A stretch of 64,000 nt of DNA, taken from contig JBGSMD010000048.1 of the NCBI GenBank assembly GCA_041740355.1, forward strand, positions 1 through 64,000, read 5' to 3'. Below the pieces are notes generated by a model, which was not told the DNA's origin, did no database searches, and saw only the letters and a program-made list of their open reading frames with translations. How positions within the stretch are numbered: position 1 is the stretch's first letter; each line of letters begins with the position of its first letter. The translations under genes were made by a program, and so were the position numbers. Below, piece by piece: positions 39,046-48,114 of this stretch. The stretch is from Bdellovibrionota bacterium. GTDB taxonomy: Bacteria; Bdellovibrionota_C; UBA2361; CALJRW01.

Positions 39046-39054
39046 GATCTGAAA

Positions 39055-39079
39055 GTTGCTAACATAAAATGTTAGCAAC
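39055..39079. terminator. Hairpin between convergent genes, likely terminator
   Basis: Perfect 11-bp stem GTTGCTAACAT-AAA-ATGTTAGCAAC starting 10 bp after the giant gene's stop. Confidence 0.7.
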
Positions 39080-39114
39080 AATTTATTTGAATTACTGATT
39101 CAAAAGCAAAGTCT

Positions 39115-40008
39115 TTATTTTGCAAGCTGAGGCATTTTCCAATTAATATTTTCTTCGCTTGCCGCAGAAGCAAACAAAGGAAGTGCAGTGCTTGGATAAT
39201 CAAATGAAAGTCGAAAAGTTCCAAAGTGAGAAGGTATTACCGTATCAACTTTTAAATCGATTGCAGCTTGTACAGCCTCCTTAGGACTAAGGTGATAATC
39301 TTTTAAAATAAATTCCGGACGAAAAGCACCAATTGGAAGAATCGCAATGTCTGGTTGATAGAGTTCGGCAATTTCATGGAATTGATTAGAATATCCCGTG
39401 TCACCCGAATAGTACAGCGTACTCTTACCATTAGTGATGATGTACCCTAAGGCCTGATACTTAGATTTAAAAGGATGATAACGTGAACCATTATGCATCG
39501 CTGATACTGCTGTAATTTTTAAGTTTCCAATTTGAATCTGTTCTTGAGGGTTTAAATCCGTAATTTGAGTTTTACTTGTTAAAGTTAGTGGTAAAAAATT
39601 TTGGCTGAGTTTTGGTAGAACGATTCTAGTAATCCTAGGAATTTCTTCCAGTGTCGGTATGTCTAAATGATCATAGTGCGCATGGGAAATAATAACTGCA
39701 TCAAGCTCACCGAGTGCTTCAGATTTGATTGGTGCTGAAAAAGTACGACGACTAACTTTACAAAACTCAGAAAGATTAGGATCAAACGCTAAACGTTCAT
39801 TTTCCCATTCAATTAGAAATCCGGCATGACCAAGCCAAGATATTTTTGGTTGGGTATTGTCGGGCTGATAAAAGTTAACCTGCAACTCCTTAGGAATTTT
39901 GTTCCAGCCAGTTGAAATCTGCCAAGATTTATTTGAATCAAACCAGTTTAATTGCCATAAACTTATTAGGATTACGAATAGTAAAAGTATTAAAATTTTT
40001 CTAATCAT
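39115..40008 (-). CDS. Membrane-anchored MBL-fold hydrolase (NAPE-PLD/RomA-like)
   Basis: WLGHA, ISHAHYDHLD, YYSGDTGY, ILPIGAF.P, HLSP.EA, IPSHFGTF; N-terminal TM. Confidence 0.88.
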   Translation of the reverse strand: MIRKILILLLFVILISLWQLNWFDSNKSWQISTGWNKIPKELQVNFYQPDNTQPKISWLGHAGFLIEWENERLAFDPNLSEFCKVSRRTFSAPIKSEALGELDAVIISHAHYDHLDIPTLEEIPRITRIVLPKLSQNFLPLTLTSKTQITDLNPQEQIQIGNLKITAVSAMHNGSRYHPFKSKYQALGYIITNGKSTLYYSGDTGYSNQFHEIAELYQPDIAILPIGAFRPEFILKDYHLSPKEAVQAAIDLKVDTVIPSHFGTFRLSFDYPSTALPLFASAASEENINWKMPQLAK

Positions 40009-41893
40009 TTAAAGATTTTGTTCCAGAAATTTTTGATCTAACTTCAACAAGATAATTGGTGAGGCCAATTATTTCCGCATCACTAAAGTATTCATGTCCG
40101 GGCATTGTAGAACCTGGAATACCAAATTTTATAACTCTCATAATGTTTAAAGAATCGGTGTTTGTCTCATTATAAAATCTAAGCGGATCCTTAAACAAAT
40201 TGGGAGCTTTTATAGTTAACTTATTTTTTAGGAGTGGCTCCTCGTTAGCTTCTGAGTAGTGACACTGGGTGCAAGATTTATCAAATAATATAGCAGCATT
40301 CTCAAAACCAATAGGAGTGAGGTCCTTTTTAGGCTCCCACTTAAAAGCATAATCAACTCTTTTTGCAAAAGTATCTGCACCAAGAGACATCAAATATTCA
40401 ATTAAATCATCGCCCGCTGTATCCTTAAAGAGATGAGCATAAGACGGCATTTTACTACCAGGGGAAATTATTTGTGGCATCATAAAATGAAGCTTTAACC
40501 ACTCCCGATTTCTTCGGTTGCCAATGTTTTGTAAGTCAGGTCCCACACGACGATTGCCAATTAGAGGTGGAATTTGTTTAGTGTGTAAATCTAGGCTCTC
40601 TGCAACAGGTCCCCATAGCTCTTCGTCCTCAGTACCTGGGCGTACAAATTGAGAATGGCAATTAATACAGCCTTCTTGTAAATATATTTGACGACCACGA
40701 ATCTGGGCGTCATCAGCTACAAGATCAACGTTAGAAATAAAGAGGATACTAAATATGATTAGGTAACTAAGATTTTTTTTAAAGATTCTTACCGGAGTAT
40801 AAAGAAAGAGAATTATAGTTCCGGCAATAATCATAAAAAACGCGGGAACATAATGAAGGTCCCCTGCCATGCCAATCCCCATCGCTGAGGCTAACCAGCC
40901 AGCAAAAGCATAAAGGCGTGCGGCTTTAATTTCGGTTGAAATTGTTGGAAGTTTTATACTTAAAAGAGGATAGGCAATTAGAGCAGTAGAGTAAATTGAT
41001 ACTCCCGCGCAGTAAAATACACTTGCGAATACTTCCAGTTGGAGTGATTTTTCTTGTAAGAAATAAACTGCAATTGCTAACAGTAGAAAGGCAGTGATGC
41101 CGAGCAGCTTTGCTTGTCTTAAATCAATTAGTTTTCCAGCAAGAAGAGCAAAGACTAAGTGCACCCCACCATTGGCCCAGAGTCGACCAAAAGATTGCCA
41201 AGTCAGAGATTTGTATTCAGTACTTTGTTGGATCACATAGAAGGCCGCGGAGTCTAACCAGACCAATACGGCAAAGAGCAAAATGCAACTAACTAGTCCT
41301 AGCTTGCGAAAGCTAAAATCCTGCGGAGCAAATTGATCAGAGTTCTTAACTCTTTTATGGAAGGGAGATAGCGCCAAAAAACCTAAAACAACTAAGCATA
41401 AGACTGCCGCAAAGATTGTTTGATTATATGGAGATGCTTGAAAAAGGATTGGTAAATTGCAACAGAAATAAGCTATTCCTGTGCCAAGACCAATTAATAA
41501 TCCGGGAGATTTTGTATTTAGTAATGATTCTAATGATGAGATTGTACTAATCGAAACAAAAGCTATTCCGCAAGCAATTAATAAGGCGACTAGCGAAGCA
41601 AAAAACATAGATTCGATTCCCAAGCTAAGTAAACTTGCTAAAGAGCAAAGTCCTAGTCCGATTAATAAGGCAGTTTTTAGTGTGTAACGCTTAATGAAAG
41701 TAGGTACAAAGAAAGAACAAAGAAATCCTCCCACACCCATAAATCCCATGATAATTTTTAGATTATTATCTGATTTTAACTGAGTTTCTAAATTTTCCAA
41801 AAAGGCAAATTGAGCAAAGATTAAAAAATAAATATAAAGTGTTGCTATTAGTAATACGGCAAGAAAATTTTGAGATCTGGATTTTGAATTCAT
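40001..41893 (-). CDS. Fusion of an MFS-like multi-TM domain, a CcoO/FixO-like cytochrome c and a second cytochrome c domain
   Basis: About 12 TM; GRQIYLQEGCINCHSQFVRP...GNRRVGPDL...PGSKMPSY; second CTQCH...GIPGSTMPG. Confidence 0.8.
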   Translation of the reverse strand: MNSKSRSQNFLAVLLIATLYIYFLIFAQFAFLENLETQLKSDNNLKIIMGFMGVGGFLCSFFVPTFIKRYTLKTALLIGLGLCSLASLLSLGIESMFFASLVALLIACGIAFVSISTISSLESLLNTKSPGLLIGLGTGIAYFCCNLPILFQASPYNQTIFAAVLCLVVLGFLALSPFHKRVKNSDQFAPQDFSFRKLGLVSCILLFAVLVWLDSAAFYVIQQSTEYKSLTWQSFGRLWANGGVHLVFALLAGKLIDLRQAKLLGITAFLLLAIAVYFLQEKSLQLEVFASVFYCAGVSIYSTALIAYPLLSIKLPTISTEIKAARLYAFAGWLASAMGIGMAGDLHYVPAFFMIIAGTIILFLYTPVRIFKKNLSYLIIFSILFISNVDLVADDAQIRGRQIYLQEGCINCHSQFVRPGTEDEELWGPVAESLDLHTKQIPPLIGNRRVGPDLQNIGNRRNREWLKLHFMMPQIISPGSKMPSYAHLFKDTAGDDLIEYLMSLGADTFAKRVDYAFKWEPKKDLTPIGFENAAILFDKSCTQCHYSEANEEPLLKNKLTIKAPNLFKDPLRFYNETNTDSLNIMRVIKFGIPGSTMPGHEYFSDAEIIGLTNYLVEVRSKISGTKSLND

Positions 41894-42291
41894 AAACGAT
41901 GTTTTGAAATCAAGTAGAATTGTAAGATAGCAATACTTAAATCAGCAAGAGCAACTGTTAGCCAAAGAAAATGTAGCAGTCCGAGAGAAACAGTGATTAC
42001 TAAAAACGACCCAATAGTTAATCTTATCAGCCCAGTGAAGGCCCAGAGGCCTTTAACATAAATTAAATAATTTGTGTCACGAAAGTAAAGTGCCGAGATT
42101 AGATATGTACTTCCTACAGCACAGACAAATGCACCAATAAATCTTAAGTAGATTGTTTCTATTGGAATCTCTGGAATAAATAATAGCTTCAGAACAATTA
42201 CCGGGCTGATCATCAGCAAGATCCCCGTCAGGGTATCCATTAGCCCAATAACTGTATTAAGCAGTAAGATTTGTTTTGTTTTTAATCGCAT
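41890..42291 (-). CDS. Small 4-TM membrane protein
   Basis: Hydrophobic 133-aa ORF overlapping both neighbours. Confidence 0.7.
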   Translation of the reverse strand: MRLKTKQILLLNTVIGLMDTLTGILLMISPVIVLKLLFIPEIPIETIYLRFIGAFVCAVGSTYLISALYFRDTNYLIYVKGLWAFTGLIRLTIGSFLVITVSLGLLHFLWLTVALADLSIAILQFYLISKHRL

Positions 42292-43561
42292 ATTTAATAG
42301 ATGAAATAAACCAGTAGACAGAGCAGTAGGTCATTAAAAGACCAGCAATAATTCGCAACAAGTCAAAAGCTTGGCTGTTAAAGTCATTTCGAAATGAACT
42401 GGCTAACGAAGTATTTTCTATGTAACCTAATCCAATTAATGCTCCGAGGTGGATTGCGAGTGCCATATTCCAAAGATAAAAATAAAAATTTTGGATGAGA
42501 TACTTGTGCTGAGTAACTTGCGAACTATTTTGATTTCCCAAGAGAAATAGTATTAGCATAGAAATGGCAGTTAGCATTCCCGCCATAGCTAGGTGACTAT
42601 GGGCAACTAGTAGACTTGTAAATTTTACGTACTCCAACTTACCCGGCAAAAACATAAAAGTTGCCGAGATTGTTAGTAAACTTCCCCAGAAAGCGAAGGA
42701 TATTAACCATAATCTACTCCCAGTGGGCCAATCAAATTTGCGATAATACCAAAAGATAATTGGAATCCAAAGGAGTAAGCTGCCTAGACCCAGGTATTGT
42801 TCTTGGGATAAATTAGTTACATGTCCATGATCCATTAGGCTAAATACTACTAAGTGAGTAATTAGTAATAAGGCAAAGACAAACATGCTCTTATGAAATT
42901 TTAAGGCTTTAGGTAAAAGGCCAGGTAAACAACCAAAAATTAAAATTAGGCCTAGAGTAGAACCGAGTAAGCTAGCTCCGGTAGGTCCTCCGCTCGTTGG
43001 ATTTATTGCTGGGTAGACTTTTTGATTTAGGGCATAATGAAAAACAAATGGAAGGCTACCTAGTAAAACTAATAATGGTATTTTTAGTAAGAGTAATGAC
43101 CAACTTTCCCTAGCCCGACAATTTTTAGTAAGATACGAGTAAGTCAATACTACCCAAAGACTAAAAAATGTGAATTCGAGTACGCTCGCGCTGACTCCGG
43201 TCCATTCTAAAAATATTTTTCCGCTACTATACCCGGCTAGCCAACTTGCCCCACCAATTATTAAAGAAATGGACCAGATCCACATGGCAGCTTCGGCAAG
43301 TCTCTTGGATGTATAAAACCAATGAAAGAGAAGTCCGAGGACTGGAAAGCTTAGCCAACCATAAAGATGGAAATTCAAGTGCAATGGGACTAGTCTACCG
43401 TAGGTTAAAGGAGAGAAGATTAAGCCAATTTCTGGAAAGAGCATTAAGCAACTCATTAGCAAACCAACTAAGTTAGCAAGCAATAACCAAAAGGTACTAA
43501 AGCCAATTACAGAATTTGAATTCTTCTTATTGTTATTACCTAAAGTCAATTGGTATCTCAA
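42257..43561 (-). CDS. Divergent cbb3-type heme-copper oxidase subunit I (CcoN)-like membrane protein
   Basis: LTYGRLVPLHLN resembles CcoN helix II (FGRLRPLHTN); VAHSHLAMAG resembles the helix X HxH; about 12 TM; TTG start. Confidence 0.7.
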   Translation of the reverse strand: MRYQLTLGNNNKKNSNSVIGFSTFWLLLANLVGLLMSCLMLFPEIGLIFSPLTYGRLVPLHLNFHLYGWLSFPVLGLLFHWFYTSKRLAEAAMWIWSISLIIGGASWLAGYSSGKIFLEWTGVSASVLEFTFFSLWVVLTYSYLTKNCRARESWSLLLLKIPLLVLLGSLPFVFHYALNQKVYPAINPTSGGPTGASLLGSTLGLILIFGCLPGLLPKALKFHKSMFVFALLLITHLVVFSLMDHGHVTNLSQEQYLGLGSLLLWIPIIFWYYRKFDWPTGSRLWLISFAFWGSLLTISATFMFLPGKLEYVKFTSLLVAHSHLAMAGMLTAISMLILFLLGNQNSSQVTQHKYLIQNFYFYLWNMALAIHLGALIGLGYIENTSLASSFRNDFNSQAFDLLRIIAGLLMTYCSVYWFISSIKYAIKNKTNLTA

Positions 43562-43682
43562 ATGTTAATTAACCATGCATAAAAGCCGATTGCTATGTAG
43601 TGCAACTGGGAGAAGGAAAATTGCATTGTTGCTAGATTACATCTAAAGTAAAAAATAACAAAATATTTTAAAAAACTATTTC

Positions 43683-45716
43683 ATGCACGCACTACTCAAA
43701 TTTAGTATTAACTATCCAAAATTAATTATTGGACTTATTTTTTTGGTGACAGTTGGTATTTGTTTGAATTTAAGCGGACTTACAATTAAGTCTTCTAATT
43801 TGGATTTAATAGATCAAGAAAATCCAGAAGTTATCAAATTCATGGATTTTTCTCGAGATTTTGGAACTCCTAATAACTTAGTTGTTGCATTAGAGGGGGC
43901 GAACGATTCAACTCTCAGGGAAATCATACCGCAACTTCAGTCTAAAGTAGAAAAAATTTCAGGTGTTCGTAAAGTTATTTCTCAAACCTTAGATCCAGAA
44001 TCTTTATCAGCGTCAGTCCCTATTTACAATTTCTTACATTCAAAAGACCAGAAAATATATTATTTATTTGTTCAACCAGAAGATATTCGAACGGATGTCA
44101 CTCTAATGACACCATTAGTCCAAAAAGTAGAAGAAGTACTTTCTGAAATTAAAAACGTACATCCTAACTTATCAGTCGGACTTACTGGTATTCCTAAATA
44201 TGCACTTGATGATCAGACTGTCATTTCTCATGATGTTAATTACCTATCATGGATTTCACTCGCTTTAGTGATGTTACTCTATGTGATTGCCTTTAAATCA
44301 TTTTGGCATCCGATGTTAGCTACCTTAGTAGTATTAGTTGCCGTTATTTTAACCTTAGGTGTGGCAATGGTCTTCCCGGGTCATTTAACATTACTTTCTG
44401 CTCCTTTTGCAATGATGATTTTTGGGATTGGAACTGATTTTGGAATCCATCTAATCAACCGTTACGAAGAATTACTAGAAGAAAAACTAAGTAATTATGA
44501 AGCAATTTACCGAGCTGGGAAAGAACTGTCTAAGACACTTTTAGCTACCTGTGGAACAACAGCAGCTGGATTTTATGTTCTATGGTTTTCTGGGTTTCAA
44601 GGCTTTCAAGAGCTAGGAGTGATTGCTGGAACTGGGATGATCATTTCTCTAATTATGATGTACACTTTATTACCAGCTGCCATACTTTTTATTAAAGCTC
44701 CAAAACATCAAGAGCACGTTAAAGAAAGTAAAATTTCCCTTAGCCGCTTTTGTTCCACCAAATTTGCATGGTATCTGGCTGGGCTATTATTAATTTTATC
44801 AATTGTTAGTATTTTTACTCCAAAACCAGGCTTTAACTCTGACTACCTTTCTTTACAACCAAAAAATTCTGAGGCTGTGCGCTTAGAGCGTCAAATGGTT
44901 ACTGGCTCAGATTTCTCTCCATACTTCGCAGCGTTTACTGCCAACTCACTAGCGGAATCTGTGGAGATTACTAATAAATTAAGGGAAAGTTCTACTGTTG
45001 GAAATATTAAATCTTTGAGCGACTTTCTGCCACCCAATACTCCGCCCGAAGCTCTTGCAACATTGCCTGCGGAGCTTCAGGAAATATTTATTTCTAAACA
45101 GCAAAAGTTTGCTATTTATGCTTACCCTTTAAATAATATTTGGGATCAAAAATTTGAAGCTGAATTTTTAAATGAAATGCGTTCGATTAGTCAGCAAGTT
45201 ACGGGCATGCCTTTTCTGGGCAATACGATGATGGAACAAACTAAGGAAGCCCTACGCGTAACAACAATGCTGGCTATGCTTACTTTGTTAATTATTTTAA
45301 TTATTGATTTAAAGCGGCCCTTATTAATTTTATTAGCTACTGCTGTTCCAATTATTTCCATGACAGGAACTCAAGCTTTTATGTTATATTTGGGAATTCG
45401 TTTTAATCCATTAAATATCATGGCCTTACCAATAATTGTGGGAGTTTCAATTGATCATGCTATTCACATCATACATCGCTTTCAAGAAGAAAATGGTAAT
45501 CTTGCCAAAACTATGAGTGGGGCGGGAAGAAGTGTCGTCCTGACTAATTTAACAACTTTAGCGGCATTTGGGGCTTTAGCTTTTACTAGCCATGAAGGTT
45601 TAAAATCTTTTAGCTTGATGCTTTGTGCGGGGGTGGTAATTGCCTTAATTTTATCAATTCTTGTTTTGCCCCAAATTTTAAAAACATTTAAATCTAAATT
45701 TTTAATATTAAAATAA
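43683..45716 (+). CDS. MMPL/RND-family lipid transporter (HpnN-like)
   Basis: Two RND halves: GLTG.P, GIGTDFGIH, GVSIDHAIH, LTTLAAFGAL. Confidence 0.85.
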   Translation: MHALLKFSINYPKLIIGLIFLVTVGICLNLSGLTIKSSNLDLIDQENPEVIKFMDFSRDFGTPNNLVVALEGANDSTLREIIPQLQSKVEKISGVRKVISQTLDPESLSASVPIYNFLHSKDQKIYYLFVQPEDIRTDVTLMTPLVQKVEEVLSEIKNVHPNLSVGLTGIPKYALDDQTVISHDVNYLSWISLALVMLLYVIAFKSFWHPMLATLVVLVAVILTLGVAMVFPGHLTLLSAPFAMMIFGIGTDFGIHLINRYEELLEEKLSNYEAIYRAGKELSKTLLATCGTTAAGFYVLWFSGFQGFQELGVIAGTGMIISLIMMYTLLPAAILFIKAPKHQEHVKESKISLSRFCSTKFAWYLAGLLLILSIVSIFTPKPGFNSDYLSLQPKNSEAVRLERQMVTGSDFSPYFAAFTANSLAESVEITNKLRESSTVGNIKSLSDFLPPNTPPEALATLPAELQEIFISKQQKFAIYAYPLNNIWDQKFEAEFLNEMRSISQQVTGMPFLGNTMMEQTKEALRVTTMLAMLTLLIILIIDLKRPLLILLATAVPIISMTGTQAFMLYLGIRFNPLNIMALPIIVGVSIDHAIHIIHRFQEENGNLAKTMSGAGRSVVLTNLTTLAAFGALAFTSHEGLKSFSLMLCAGVVIALILSILVLPQILKTFKSKFLILK

Positions 45717-45721
45717 AAACT

Positions 45722-46321
45722 ATGAAAAAAATAATTCTTATATTAATTTTATTTGTTCCAGTATTTGGTTTCGCACAAACGAATCCGACTTGGCAAATTC
45801 CGCTGAATCTTTCCAATTCAAATACCAAAGTTAGATTTGAGGTTGATACAACTTGGCACATGGTTCATGGAGAAGTTAAATCTGTAACAGGTAAGATCGC
45901 TCTGCAAGATCCAGCGGATCCCTTATCAATTTCTGCTGATATTAAAATTCCAGTTAAAAAAATTACTACAGGCTGGGGAATGCGTGACAGTAGTTTCATG
46001 GATTCAATGAAGGAAGAAGAGTTTCCAGAGATATCATTTAAATCAACAAGTTTCATTCCGAAGGGAGATTGTTCGGTGGAAGCAATCACTGCAAAAAATT
46101 GTTCGGGGGTGTTGAAGGGGAAATTAAAAATTCTTGATGTCGAAAGTGATGCTGACTTAGAAGTTAAGATTACAAAAAATAACGACATGTATCTTGTAAA
46201 GGGAAATATAACTTTTGCCTGGGCTAAATTTAATGTTAAAGATCCATCAATCATGATGGCTAAAGTTAAACCCGATGTGACTGTATTCTGCGAAGTATCC
46301 CTTCCGGCACTTACACAATAA
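45722..46321 (+). CDS. YceI-family polyisoprenoid-binding protein
   Basis: Signal peptide; IPVKKITTG..MRD, FPEISFKS, GKLKI. Confidence 0.85.
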   Translation: MKKIILILILFVPVFGFAQTNPTWQIPLNLSNSNTKVRFEVDTTWHMVHGEVKSVTGKIALQDPADPLSISADIKIPVKKITTGWGMRDSSFMDSMKEEEFPEISFKSTSFIPKGDCSVEAITAKNCSGVLKGKLKILDVESDADLEVKITKNNDMYLVKGNITFAWAKFNVKDPSIMMAKVKPDVTVFCEVSLPALTQ

Positions 46322-46327
46322 GTTTTT

Positions 46328-47236
46328 ATGTTTGAAGTGCAATCTACTAAATTACCAGCTTGGCGTGCATGGCTGTTAGCTATTCGTCTGAAGACACTAA
46401 CAGCATCCATTGCTCCGGTAATATGCGGAGCAGTGATCTCTTGGGAGTTTTTTCCACTACAGATTTCTTTAACTGCAATTCTTTTATTATATGCGATAAG
46501 TTTACAAGTACTATCTAATCTATCGAATGATTACTGTGATCATTTTCGGGGAATAGATACTCCGAATCGAATTGGACCAGTGCGTGTTACTAATTCTGGA
46601 TTAATAAGTCCGGAAAAAATGAAACTAGCAATGTGGCTAAATGTTATTTTCATTCTAATTTTAGGCGCATATCTAGGAACTATTTCCAGCTTCTGGATCT
46701 TTATTATTACTTTAATTGCAATCGCTAGCGCCTATCTTTACAGTGGTGGACCAAAGCCATATGGCTCAATGGGTTTAGGGGAACTATTTGTTTTCATTTT
46801 TTTTGGGCCAATAACGGTTATCGGAACTTATTATATTTTGACTAAACAATTTTCCTTAGATGCTTTAGTACTAGGTATCAGTCTTGGTTTTATTTCTAGT
46901 GCTTTGTTAGTGGTTAATAACATCAGAGATTATGAACAAGATAAATTTGCTAACAAGCGAACCTTAGTAGTTCGTTTTGGAAAATTTTTTGGTCAAATGG
47001 AGTATTTAATTTTAATTCTTTTGGCTGCAATTATTCCTTGGTTTGATGAGCATTTAGTAGAACTTCATCCCTATAGCTTGATCTCAACAACTATCTTGTT
47101 ATTTGCAATTCCCAGTTTTCAGATTGTCTTTAAACATAAATCACCTGTCGAGTTAAACTCAGTAATGGCTAAGACAGCTGCTTATATCATTCTTTTCGGA
47201 CTATTCTTTGGCGCTGGTTTTTTCTTTCACGACTGA
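46328..47236 (+). CDS. menA: 1,4-dihydroxy-2-naphthoate polyprenyltransferase
   Basis: WLLAIRLKTL, NLSNDYCD..RGID..RIGP.R, YSGGPKPYG..GLGE, VNNIRD...D..ANKRTL.VRFG. Confidence 0.93.
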   Translation: MFEVQSTKLPAWRAWLLAIRLKTLTASIAPVICGAVISWEFFPLQISLTAILLLYAISLQVLSNLSNDYCDHFRGIDTPNRIGPVRVTNSGLISPEKMKLAMWLNVIFILILGAYLGTISSFWIFIITLIAIASAYLYSGGPKPYGSMGLGELFVFIFFGPITVIGTYYILTKQFSLDALVLGISLGFISSALLVVNNIRDYEQDKFANKRTLVVRFGKFFGQMEYLILILLAAIIPWFDEHLVELHPYSLISTTILLFAIPSFQIVFKHKSPVELNSVMAKTAAYIILFGLFFGAGFFFHD

Positions 47237-47746
47237 TGATTCTTCGCCATAAACTTTAGTAGCAACTTCTTTGATACTTTTTAAGTAAGAAATATTCTTA
47301 ATCTTATTTTCTTGATCAAGTTGAATGACAGTTAGTTTTCCTTCCTTCTTTGGATATCTTAAATCAAAATCTTCATCCCGTGCCCAGATAATTGGAAAGT
47401 CATACCCGCGCATCTTTGGTCCAGCAAATAGGAAAGTTATAATATCAGGCATGTCACTTATATCAGCAACATATTCTGTTTGATGATTTTTCAAGTAGTC
47501 TTTATCTTTACTATCTAAAGCTTGATGGACTTTTTTAGAAAGACTCATTTCAAAAGAGAGCACAATTACTTTAGTCTCTGGTGACATCGTGTGGGGTTTC
47601 TTATGTTGTGTTTGTAATTTATATGGTTCAAACAGATCGCCAACTTTATACTCTAAAGGTTTGGCTGCTACTTGATCTTCTGCCTGAAGATTAATTGAAG
47701 ATAACAGTAATAAGAAAATGCTTATAGTTTGTGGTAGTAATTTCAT
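47201..47746 (-). CDS. Secreted hypothetical protein, possibly thioredoxin-like fold
   Basis: Signal peptide; YVADISDMP.II..LFA.PKMR.Y.FPI motif. Confidence 0.65.
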   Translation of the reverse strand: MKLLPQTISIFLLLLSSINLQAEDQVAAKPLEYKVGDLFEPYKLQTQHKKPHTMSPETKVIVLSFEMSLSKKVHQALDSKDKDYLKNHQTEYVADISDMPDIITFLFAGPKMRGYDFPIIWARDEDFDLRYPKKEGKLTVIQLDQENKIKNISYLKSIKEVATKVYGEESSVVKEKTSAKE

Positions 47747-47782
47747 ATCAAGCTATTAATAATTAAACGTAATAGTAAGACT

Positions 47783-47905
47783 AAAAAACAATTTACGTAA
47801 GTAAATTGTTTTTTTGAGCTTACTATCCCCCGGAGGGATAATAAAACCATATAGTTATTACAAAAAATAAGTTACTTTTTTTTACTTATACGTAATTTAT
47901 TTTTT
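47783..47905. repeat. Nested inverted-repeat element
   Basis: Perfect 14-bp stem at 47783-47814, central palindrome at 47824-47840, second inverted pair at 47862-47875/47892-47905. Confidence 0.55.
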
Positions 47906-48114
47906 GGAATGACTATAATAGCTTTTACAATAATTACGAAATTAATACTAGCAAATCATTGTATCGTTAAGATTATAATATCCACTAAGGATGTTTAGAC
48001 TCATTAAGAAATACCAAATAGCTTGAAAAAATGCTTTCCTTGTCCAGGAAAGGAGGAAACTTTGGCTAAAGTACTATTCACTTTTCAGGAAACTTTCTTA
48101 ACAAAAGTTTAAAA

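Noticed and set aside
45865-46410. 181-aa minus-strand ORF
   Set aside because: Antisense to the well-supported yceI-like and menA genes
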